Shown piece after piece: positions 56,508 through 64,000 of a stretch of DNA of 64,000 bases. The DNA comes from a virus (Duplodnaviria > Heunggongvirae > Uroviricota > Caudoviricetes). Position 1 is the stretch's first letter, and each line of letters begins with the position of its first letter. The position numbers were made by a program, and so were the translations under genes. The stretch is from IMG/VR virus record IMGVR_UViG_3300027777_000022; one strand, written 5' to 3'. The notes under the pieces are model-generated. The model did not search any database, was not told where the DNA came from, and saw only the letters and a program-made list of their open reading frames with translations.

Positions 56508-56792
56508 TTAGAACACGCTGTATTGTGCTGAACTTTGAGTGCCCAATGCCACGGCTGTAAAATTATTGCCTGTTATGGTCAAATAGTTGCCTGCACCCAC
56601 ATAAATTTCCTGGATGGTTCCATTGGGCACAGATACTGCATTAGAATATAGATTACCCACAGCAGCGGCGTTGCCCAAGGCAGTAGCAAATACTTGATAG
56701 GTAACATTGTTGCTTTCAGAATTGATCTGGGCTTTGTCTGTGGTCCACAAAACATTGCCTGGTGTGTCTTTGATTACTTGGATCATGGCCAT
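56508..56792 (-). CDS. Small beta-rich hypothetical (structural?) protein
   Basis: 94-aa ORF with an AAGGA RBS. Confidence 0.7.
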   Translation of the reverse strand: MAMIQVIKDTPGNVLWTTDKAQINSESNNVTYQVFATALGNAAAVGNLYSNAVSVPNGTIQEIYVGAGNYLTITGNNFTAVALGTQSSAQYSVF

Positions 56793-56971
56793 TATTTGTT
56801 ATCCTTATTTAGATCTGCCATGTTTACAGGACGGAACAGATTTGTGGTCTGACTGAACACTCCAGGAATCATCACAGGTTGGTTACGCACCTCTTGAGGT
56901 GTAGGTGCCGGCGGATGTCTTTCTGCCAGCCTACTCATGGTTTCTGCGTATGTTTGAAACTGTTGTGTCAT
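56792..56971 (-). CDS. Small hypothetical protein (59 aa)
   Basis: Translated by hand: MTQQFQTYAETMSRLAERHPPAPTPQEVRNQPVMIPGVFSQTTNLFRPVNMADLNKDNK; coupled to both neighbours. Confidence 0.65.
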   Translation of the reverse strand: MTQQFQTYAETMSRLAERHPPAPTPQEVRNQPVMIPGVFSQTTNLFRPVNMADLNKDNK

Positions 56972-56972
56972 A

Positions 56973-59558
56973 TCAATACTTAAAGTTACGCAATTGTGTC
57001 AACAGACTTTCTTTGATCTTTGTTGATGGATCGTCAACAGCTTGTGGAGTAGCCAATTTAACTGGTGGTTTAGTTGTAGTTGTTTTAGATGCAGATGCTT
57101 TAGCAGCAGGTTTAGTTGGGGGATCTTCGGGCACGTCTTGAGGAGTAGCAGCGGCTTCTGTAAGCCCAGCCATTTCCATCATGCGACGCAGTGCATCAGT
57201 ACCTTCGTATCCCATGCGGTCATCTTGTCCGGCAATCACAGGAACAGTAGTTTGACCAGTTGATTTAGGGCCATTCAATCCGCCGCTGTACATCATGGCA
57301 TCATCGGTGCCTTCTTGATTGGTAGGGTAGTCTGGATCGTTGTTGGTAGCGTCAGTATCACCGTAGGCTTCGTCCACGGATTCGCATCCACATGAACTAG
57401 ATCCGCATGCAGGGCAAGATTCTTGTTGGCCCATGTCATTGTCCATGTCATGGATAGCATACATGTCTGAATCATTGCTAGTCATGCTGTGAATGTCACT
57501 GATATCATGGCCTTGATCAATGCCGGCTGCTCTTAGCATTTTGGCCAGTAACATTGCATCTTCGTCTGTGGCAGTAACCGTGATGCTTTGTGTAGGACCA
57601 CCGTGGCTGTCGTTGTTCATGCTCATGTCTATGCTCATGGATTCAGAAATCATTTTTTCTACTTCACGATTCATGCTGTCGTAGATGCCTTTGCCGTAGC
57701 TGGTTCCGCCGCCCGACGTGGGTGCTGCACTGCTAGTAGCTACTGAACCAGAACTAGTGGTTTCGTCTACTTCTTTTTTCTTCTTGCTTTTTTTCTCGTC
57801 GTATTCAATGTCTTTGGTAACTTTTTTACCGGCACGCTCGGCCTTGCTGTCTTCACTGTCACGACGCTTGCCATGGATACCATCTTTTTTCTTCTCGTCG
57901 TACTCGATGTCTTTGGCAACTCGCTTACCAGCTTTTTCGGCACGGTTGTCACGCTTGTTGGTAGACTCTTCGTCCACTTCCATGTCGTCGCTGCCCTGGT
58001 CATCGCCTTGTTGATTCTGCATGTAGTCATCCACAGCACTCATCATGCTTTCAATCTTGGCCAGCTTGGACTGCACCCATTCTGGCAAGTTATCGTTGTC
58101 GCCAAGGATCTTTTCCAGGGCCTGTGCATGACGTACCACAGTCTTGATACTGTCTTTGGCCATTTCGCCTTCTTGATCGTACTCACCTTGATCTGCTGGA
58201 TCCATGTCACCTTCGCGTGTCATCAATTTAGATTTTCCAGTGTTGATTTTGGCACCAATTTTTGTGCCTTTACCAGCGCCAACCTTACGTCGACCCACTG
58301 CACCACTTGGCGCATCATCGGCACCTGCATCATGTCCGGCACCGCTGTAACTCTTGCCTGCGTGGTGACGTGTTACACCTGCACGGGTGGTATCAATTCT
58401 ACCACCGGTGCTTGATTTGCGGCTAAAGGGATCGTCATCTACGAATCCTTCTTCCATGTCACGATTACGACCGCGTACAGCTTTTTTCATAGCCATGGCC
58501 GCTACGTCGCCTAACATCTCATCAACTTCTTTCTTGGCACCAACAATCTTGTCAGCAAACGTGATTTTGTCCACAGGAGGTGCTAGTTTGGCAAAGGCTT
58601 TTTGCTTGGGAGTTTGTGGCATGCCGCCCTTGGATGATTCTAATGCACCAACGGCGTTTAATGCCATTCCTGTCCCAACTGCTTTTTTTATACCAGGTGC
58701 AACTGCTTTAACCACATCCATGACGCCTTCTTGTTTCAATGGATACTGTTTGCCGCCAACTCGGACTTTTTCACCAGGTTGGATACCATTGGCTTTGGCC
58801 TTGGCCACTGCACCCGAGAAAGCGTTGCCTTCGTCTGTTATGCTTTCATCATACTTGTCATATTTGTTGCGAATCTTTTTCATAGTGCTAGCACTGGCAT
58901 GATCTCTTCCGGCTTTTTGCAGCGCCTTCATGCCTTGATCGCCGTATTTCTTTTTGCCAATGGCTGCTTGGAATGCACTTTCATCCACGCTGTCGCATTT
59001 GCATGGATCGCAATTGCATGCAGAACACATGCCTTCCGCCACACCTTGCTGACCTTGCTGTTCACGCTTTTGTAATTCTTTACGAATCAATGCTTTGAAT
59101 CTCGATTCATCACGATGTAAGATACCTGGTCTCAACATCATTTTTAAATGGTCAGTGTCATACTTGCTATAATCCGCACCGCGAGTTGGCAGTTGGGCAA
59201 CAGAGCCTTTTGCCACACCTTTCTTGGCGCTGCCAGCTGCTGAACGCATTGGCTCTTTGCGATCGCCGTCTTTGTCCAGGTCCAAGAAGTCTGGCTTGCT
59301 GCCTTCTTCCACTTGTCCTTTGGCACGCATCTTTGCCAGCTGTGCGCCGGCGATTCTCGCACCTTTTTCGCCGCCACCGGTCTTCTTGGCCAATGCAGCA
59401 AACCCAGTGGTGGCATTGTTGTGCTTGCCCATGTCACGCTCATTGAGTTGACCTCTAACAGACTTGACTGGAGCAGCGGCAGCATTCTCATTCAGTTGTT
59501 GTTGACTAGCCAAGTCGGCCATCTTTTTGTTTAAGTCGTAGAAAAAATAATCGCTCAT
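56973..59558 (-). CDS. Large low-complexity head polyprotein (prohead core/internal protein-like)
   Basis: 861 aa with more than 10 (V/L/I/M)xE sites, DxDxDG, Cys clusters, an internal repeat and an LPEWVQSKL module. Confidence 0.7.
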   Translation of the reverse strand: MSDYFFYDLNKKMADLASQQQLNENAAAAPVKSVRGQLNERDMGKHNNATTGFAALAKKTGGGEKGARIAGAQLAKMRAKGQVEEGSKPDFLDLDKDGDRKEPMRSAAGSAKKGVAKGSVAQLPTRGADYSKYDTDHLKMMLRPGILHRDESRFKALIRKELQKREQQGQQGVAEGMCSACNCDPCKCDSVDESAFQAAIGKKKYGDQGMKALQKAGRDHASASTMKKIRNKYDKYDESITDEGNAFSGAVAKAKANGIQPGEKVRVGGKQYPLKQEGVMDVVKAVAPGIKKAVGTGMALNAVGALESSKGGMPQTPKQKAFAKLAPPVDKITFADKIVGAKKEVDEMLGDVAAMAMKKAVRGRNRDMEEGFVDDDPFSRKSSTGGRIDTTRAGVTRHHAGKSYSGAGHDAGADDAPSGAVGRRKVGAGKGTKIGAKINTGKSKLMTREGDMDPADQGEYDQEGEMAKDSIKTVVRHAQALEKILGDNDNLPEWVQSKLAKIESMMSAVDDYMQNQQGDDQGSDDMEVDEESTNKRDNRAEKAGKRVAKDIEYDEKKKDGIHGKRRDSEDSKAERAGKKVTKDIEYDEKKSKKKKEVDETTSSGSVATSSAAPTSGGGTSYGKGIYDSMNREVEKMISESMSIDMSMNNDSHGGPTQSITVTATDEDAMLLAKMLRAAGIDQGHDISDIHSMTSNDSDMYAIHDMDNDMGQQESCPACGSSSCGCESVDEAYGDTDATNNDPDYPTNQEGTDDAMMYSGGLNGPKSTGQTTVPVIAGQDDRMGYEGTDALRRMMEMAGLTEAAATPQDVPEDPPTKPAAKASASKTTTTKPPVKLATPQAVDDPSTKIKESLLTQLRNFKY
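59031..59221. repeat. 17-bp direct repeats flanking an in-frame 58-codon cassette
   Basis: GCCTTCCGCCACACCTT (59031-59047) and GCCTTTTGCCACACCTT (59205-59221), 174 bp apart. Confidence 0.6.
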
Positions 59559-59561
59559 GGT

Positions 59562-60170
59562 TTATCCTCTTGGTGTTGCGAAAGTAGCAGGCCGTGGCAT
59601 GCGTTTGACGTCAGTCATTGGACTCTTGTTGTCTTGCTTGATGTCATTTGTGGTTTTTGCTGGAGGTGTTTTGCCACCGGCTACTGTGAAATCTGAACGA
59701 TATGCATTTTGCAATACCGAATGCTGATAAGGATTAGCAGAGTAATCTTTCTTCAATGCTTGCTGTTCGGCATCAGGTGCAGGATAATCGGTATCGGCGA
59801 TCAGATCCTTGTTCTGTGCTCGGATGTCAGTGATTTCCTTGTCAATGCTATCTGAATATGATTGTGTTAACAAACGGATTCTGTTGGGACTAAATCCCAA
59901 CAGTTGAGCCAGTTGTTGTATTTGTGGTTCAATAGCTGGATAACGAAAACTCACATCCACGGATGTTACCATGTCATTTTCTGCTTCGGGAAAATCCTTC
60001 AACAAACGTTGTACAGGGGTAGTTTTCTTGCCTGACATTTTTACAATGTCAAACTGTTCGAGTTTTTGTTCAAGATCCTTGATAAAGGTTGGTGGCACAT
60101 CACCCAGGATTTTGATCCTGTAGTCATATGTTCTTTCCGATTCTGCAAGATATTGGTGAAATTTTTTCAT
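59562..60170 (-). CDS. Putative head-associated protein
   Basis: N-terminus MKKFHQYLAES; late promoter. Confidence 0.7.
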   Translation of the reverse strand: MKKFHQYLAESERTYDYRIKILGDVPPTFIKDLEQKLEQFDIVKMSGKKTTPVQRLLKDFPEAENDMVTSVDVSFRYPAIEPQIQQLAQLLGFSPNRIRLLTQSYSDSIDKEITDIRAQNKDLIADTDYPAPDAEQQALKKDYSANPYQHSVLQNAYRSDFTVAGGKTPPAKTTNDIKQDNKSPMTDVKRMPRPATFATPRG

Positions 60171-60190
60171 ATCAGTGTCCTATGTGATAT

Positions 60191-60685
60191 TTAGCCTTTT
60201 TTGGCATTTGTCTTTCTATCGCCTAACAATCTATCCAGTAATTCATTACGATCTAACACATGGCCTTGTCCCGGCTGTGCTGCTGGTGCTCGATCTGAAT
60301 CCAATAGTTTGGCGTCTAGATTTGCTTTTTTCAATTGCAAATCAATCATTTTTAACTTCTTGTTGAGTTTGGCTTGTTTGGCTGTGAGTGCATGCCCTAG
60401 CATAGCACCTGCTACACTAAAGATTTCAGCAGCAAATCGTGAATCCACATTCATCCCTAGTGACATCAACTCGTCAAACGATTCAGTTGCTTTTTTTGCC
60501 AAATCGTCCATTTCTAAATCAGATGCTTGTAAATCTCTAACCATCGGTAATGCAGAATCTATTTTATCAATGGTACTGTCAATTTCTGCTAATGCTATTT
60601 TTGTTTCATCTATACTCAGTGAGTGTTCTTCAGAATCTAATTCGTCGGATCTCGGTAAGTCAAACAATTCTTCTAATTTTTTCAT
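60191..60685 (-). CDS. Terminase small subunit-like protein
   Basis: 164-aa helical protein in a head-gene context; pattern R.A.E.F.VA..ML. Confidence 0.5.
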   Translation of the reverse strand: MKKLEELFDLPRSDELDSEEHSLSIDETKIALAEIDSTIDKIDSALPMVRDLQASDLEMDDLAKKATESFDELMSLGMNVDSRFAAEIFSVAGAMLGHALTAKQAKLNKKLKMIDLQLKKANLDAKLLDSDRAPAAQPGQGHVLDRNELLDRLLGDRKTNAKKG

Positions 60686-60692
60686 ACTATAT

Positions 60693-61340
60693 TTACCGGA
60701 TTACTGTTGCCCGACAGTTATCTTCGTGCCAGCGAGAATAATTTCCTTTATTTGTAGTAATTCCGCAATGTTGACATGTGTACCTAGTTTGATTTAAATT
60801 CTGTACTTGTGCATGTAATACAGATGGGTTATTTTGCAAATAAGTTTTTCTTTTTTTTCTCTGTTCTTGTTTGTTATCTTCATTTGCCCAATACGATTTT
60901 CCTGAAGTTGATAGTAGCGCCGATGTTGATTCTTTAACAGTTCTATCTCTGGTCTGCCAGGCAATTTTCATATTATTTTTTGTTCTTTGAGATTTTGGTT
61001 TCCGGTTGAATGGTTGCGGAACACCTTTTGTTCTAATAGATTGTTGATTTTTCCATTCAGTTGTATGTTTATATCCAGCTGAACCATCACCGCCGTCAGA
61101 CAGATTTCTAAGTATACCTGTTCCTGTATCTTTACGTCCATACCAACGTATTAATCTTCGTTCAATGGCTAATGCACCTAAATTGGTAAGATTGTTTTCA
61201 ACAATAATAATGCGATAGTCGTCCGAAGGAACTTTTACACGATGATCTTTGGCCCAGGCCCGTCCTGCTGTTCCTTTGCCTATATAGTATGGAGATAAGT
61301 CTGATTTACGCAAATAAGCGTAAACATAATAAGTATTCAT
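60693..61340 (-). mobile_element. Free-standing GIY-YIG homing endonuclease
   Basis: YYVYAY...PYYIGKG..R, E..LI and LRNL.DGGDG motifs; NUMOD-like basic repeats; C-terminal CxxC...H..NC; AT-rich DNA. Confidence 0.85.
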
Positions 61341-61341
61341 G

Positions 61342-61407
61342 CTGACATTCCTTTACAATGTTAGAGTCAGTGGATGTTGGTAGCATCGCGACTGGCACTT
61401 TTATTTA
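61342..61407 (-). promoter_or_regulatory. Late promoter and two-hairpin leader of the endonuclease gene
   Basis: TAAATA at 61402-61407; hairpin CAGT..GATG/CATC..ACTG; hairpin CTAACATT/AATGTCAG enclosing the AAAGGA RBS. Confidence 0.6.
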
Positions 61408-61832
61408 TTGCCGTTTACAAAAAGATCATGTTCTGTTAGTACACGGAAAGTCATTCCGTTTCGTCTAGCCCATTTGGTTGCCTGATGCCATTTGGCATGA
61501 TTAATAGCTACTACTGCTCTATCTCTCTGAGACATCTTGCTTTCAATTACACTTTGATTTTTGGGTTTGATTTCAATTAATTCAGCTTTGACTTGATCGG
61601 CTCTGGTTTTATATGTAATAAACACATCAGGAATATACATGGAGTTTTTTCCTGTAACTGGATTTATATAAGGTATAGCTATGCTTTCGCTGGCCCATTG
61701 CAACACAGCTTTGTTATTGTCACAAAATCTAAAAAATGCATGCTCCCATCCCGATCTGTATCTAGGTTGATTTTTCCCCACATACTTTTCTGGGTTGGTA
61801 ATCACATACAAGCCGTTGGCCCAGCGGCTCAT
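61401..61832 (-). CDS. Head completion nuclease (gp4, TnsA-like)
   Basis: YRSGWE..F..FCD, WASE..IPY, Y.PD, EIKP and KW motifs. Confidence 0.9.
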   Translation of the reverse strand: MSRWANGLYVITNPEKYVGKNQPRYRSGWEHAFFRFCDNNKAVLQWASESIAIPYINPVTGKNSMYIPDVFITYKTRADQVKAELIEIKPKNQSVIESKMSQRDRAVVAINHAKWHQATKWARRNGMTFRVLTEHDLFVNGNK

Positions 61833-62191
61833 GCTAACACATTCCTTGCGGTGTAATAGTTGGGAGTTACACTAGAACCAAAACCCAACAATGTGCTGCC
61901 ACTTCTCAAATTGTTGAGATAGTAACATAGTGTTTGTGTGAGTTGAATTGAATCTTGCCCTTGTATATTTGCTAATATAGTCAGCACTGGTGTACGTGTT
62001 TGATCAGCTATTCTAAACAATGCCACAGTGAAATTGCCAGCAGCAAGGTCTGTAGTAAATACCGACTTCATGTAACTGAATACTATGTCATATTCTTCTG
62101 CACTTACATAAGTTTCGTAGGCGTAGAATTGATCGTAGATTCTAACTGTGAGATCTACGTTGGTGTTGAGTGAGTTGACTGTTCCGCCCAT
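61829..62191 (-). CDS. Hypothetical virion-morphogenesis protein
   Basis: 120-aa ORF coupled to both neighbours. Confidence 0.7.
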   Translation of the reverse strand: MGGTVNSLNTNVDLTVRIYDQFYAYETYVSAEEYDIVFSYMKSVFTTDLAAGNFTVALFRIADQTRTPVLTILANIQGQDSIQLTQTLCYYLNNLRSGSTLLGFGSSVTPNYYTARNVLA

Positions 62192-63336
62192 TATCTAGGT
62201 CCCGGTGGTCTTGGAAAAATAAATCCGCCGCTGCTGTTTTGAGCTTGTCTTACTGCGGCTGGAATACTGGTTCGTAATACGCTGTTGAGTGCAGCGTTGG
62301 CTTCTTCGTTCACAATTGATCGTATGGGAGCATCTTTGAAAGTGTTGTAGGCTGTTCCTGCTTTTTGTACAGCACCAATAACGCCTGCTACACCGCCACT
62401 TTGCAAATCTTCTACAATACCAATACCAGCATCCAGTAATCCGCCTTGCCCCAACACAGTTTGTGTGCTACCCGGTCTTGCCAGGCTACTACGAACATTG
62501 TCATAGTATGCAGGGTCGGCAAATCCAACCACGTTGGTATCTGGTCTAACTCCACCAATGGCACCTGTGTAATATTTTACAGTTTCGTATTCAATAGTCA
62601 TTGAGTTTTGCATGGTACCGCTACCTTCACTGTAGTTGTAGGTGTCATGATCCCAGCTGCTGATCAGCGGATTGATCAAGGTATAACTGGCCCATTTATG
62701 TTGATTCATACCGTAAATGGTTATGTCTCTAAAAAATGGCGGTTTACCTGAAGTTTGATCTCCGCCTGACCCTACTCCATCACCGCCAGCATTGCCTTGA
62801 TCGTAGCTTTCGCCAACATATCCCCAGTCGTTGACCACTCTATCGTTGGCATAGATATCTCTAGCATTGTAGCTAAACCCTGGCAAGGTTTGAATAGGGC
62901 CAATTGATCCATTCTGTGCTGGTGGGCCATATGCTTGATTGGGATCCTTGTAGTAATAACTGTAATAGTTATACCACAGGTTGCGTATTAAGTCGCCACC
63001 GTCATCGTGAAATGTAGTTGTTACAGGCTGGTAGTTAATCTTCTTTTGAATAACTCGTTTGCGATTGTATTGATTCAGCGTTTCGGTTTCTAGTTTAAAC
63101 TTAGGCAGTTGAATGGTCTTGACCATAAGCCCAATTGTGGCTTTTTCTGTGCTGTTGTACACCGCCGCTAGACTTGGAATCATTGATGTGTTGATATTGA
63201 AGTAGCAATGGAACAGGAATTTGTTCCGTGGTGCATACTCGTACCCATTGGTGCGAAAGGTCTTTGAAGCGTGGGCATAATCTTTAAGACCTTGCCCACC
63301 AAAAAAGCCTTTGAGGAAATCTTCTCCCCAGGCCAT
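62191..63336 (-). CDS. Tail-tube-like baseplate protein (gp48/gp54-like)
   Basis: VKTIQLP...NQYNRK...YQPV..TFHDD...W..Y tube-fold pattern; next to the tail tube gene. Confidence 0.7.
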   Translation of the reverse strand: MAWGEDFLKGFFGGQGLKDYAHASKTFRTNGYEYAPRNKFLFHCYFNINTSMIPSLAAVYNSTEKATIGLMVKTIQLPKFKLETETLNQYNRKRVIQKKINYQPVTTTFHDDGGDLIRNLWYNYYSYYYKDPNQAYGPPAQNGSIGPIQTLPGFSYNARDIYANDRVVNDWGYVGESYDQGNAGGDGVGSGGDQTSGKPPFFRDITIYGMNQHKWASYTLINPLISSWDHDTYNYSEGSGTMQNSMTIEYETVKYYTGAIGGVRPDTNVVGFADPAYYDNVRSSLARPGSTQTVLGQGGLLDAGIGIVEDLQSGGVAGVIGAVQKAGTAYNTFKDAPIRSIVNEEANAALNSVLRTSIPAAVRQAQNSSGGFIFPRPPGPR

Positions 63337-63342
63337 ACAGTA

Positions 63343-63960
63343 TTATCCTGTAACTACGTCGTTGACCGTTCTAGCAATAGTGCTACCCACACCAGTTCCG
63401 TTAGGTACTTGATTGGCATTGTCGTACACAATAGTCATAGCAATCTGCATGGGCTTGCTATCAGCATAGCTAGTGGTTCCGTAATCTGCCTGTGAAAGAT
63501 AACAACCATACAGTTCCCATGTTTCTAGCACAACAGGTGTAGCAGCACCATTGCCACCGTCTAGCACTTCGTAACGTGTGGTAAACTTGTAGTCGATACC
63601 ACTTGCTGCTGACGCCATTTCTAGGAAGTCCATCTGTTTTTGTAGTTGTTCACCAACCAGGCGGCTGACTGCACCTGATGCATCGTCACGTAGGTTACAT
63701 GTGACATCGGCCCATTTGTATTTGCCAGCCAGCTTTAGATCACTGTTGTAAATTGGAATAACGATGGGATCAAAACTCAAGGTAGGGCGCTTGAAGTCTA
63801 TCACCTGTTTGGTAAGTTCTGTTCGGGGTGTGCTTACTCCAAAGTTTTCAAATATCACTCGAAAGCGATAGCTGAGTTTGGGCATGAGCAAGCCTTGATT
63901 GCTCGCGCTTTGATCGCTTGCCAAGGGCACTGTCATTCTTGTTAATGATGAAACGGCCAT
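63343..63960 (-). CDS. Tail tube protein (gp19-like)
   Basis: PKL.YRFRV, RP, AGK..W, ETWELYGC and I.YDNA motifs; AGGAG RBS and TAAATA upstream. Confidence 0.8.
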   Translation of the reverse strand: MAVSSLTRMTVPLASDQSASNQGLLMPKLSYRFRVIFENFGVSTPRTELTKQVIDFKRPTLSFDPIVIPIYNSDLKLAGKYKWADVTCNLRDDASGAVSRLVGEQLQKQMDFLEMASAASGIDYKFTTRYEVLDGGNGAATPVVLETWELYGCYLSQADYGTTSYADSKPMQIAMTIVYDNANQVPNGTGVGSTIARTVNDVVTG

Positions 63961-64000
63961 ATTTGTAATCTCCTATGCAGTTATTTACCTCTGTTGAGGT

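Noticed and set aside
1-64000. Stop-codon reassignment
   Set aside because: Core genes are full length in code 11, and TAA, TAG and TGA all terminate genes.

Overview
This window is a 64-kb slice of a large lytic myovirus (T4-superfamily-like, possibly jumbo). Almost all genes are on the minus strand and use the standard genetic code. The host is probably a Betaproteobacterium, inferred from the Burkholderiales-style porin and proteobacterial IscU/IscA. From left to right: (1) early accessory genes in promoter-bounded cassettes, DNA ligase and a porin (1-9.3 kb); (2) baseplate/PAAR genes, glutaredoxin, class Ia ribonucleotide reductase, a tail-fibre-like protein, an exonuclease and iscA/iscU (9.3-20 kb); (3) head-associated proteins, including a nucleotidyltransferase/ligase-like fusion (20-25 kb); (4) replication genes (helicase, primase, a 186-aa mini DnaE-like protein, clamp-loader-like subunit, UvsW, AAA ATPase) interleaved with radical-SAM, SGNH-like and glycosyltransferase genes (25-39 kb); (5) an 11-gene glycan biosynthesis island (39-48.5 kb); (6) uvsY, uvsX and ssb; (7) head proteins, terminase, a secreted nuclease, a GIY-YIG homing endonuclease, gp4 and tail tube genes (51-64 kb). 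I found no tRNA, CRISPR array or intron. The main novel-looking signals are: a ~160-nt multi-helix orphan RNA at 1902-2064; a 3'-end hairpin loop exactly complementary to the RBS region of its own operon's ATPase gene; systematic TAAATA-N4-ATG (leaderless) late genes; an 18-bp palindromic operator upstream of early promoters; a repeat-bounded 'GVAEG' peptide cassette in a protease-processed head polyprotein; and a minimal DnaE-like core. All product calls come from reading motifs by eye; no database searches were run.
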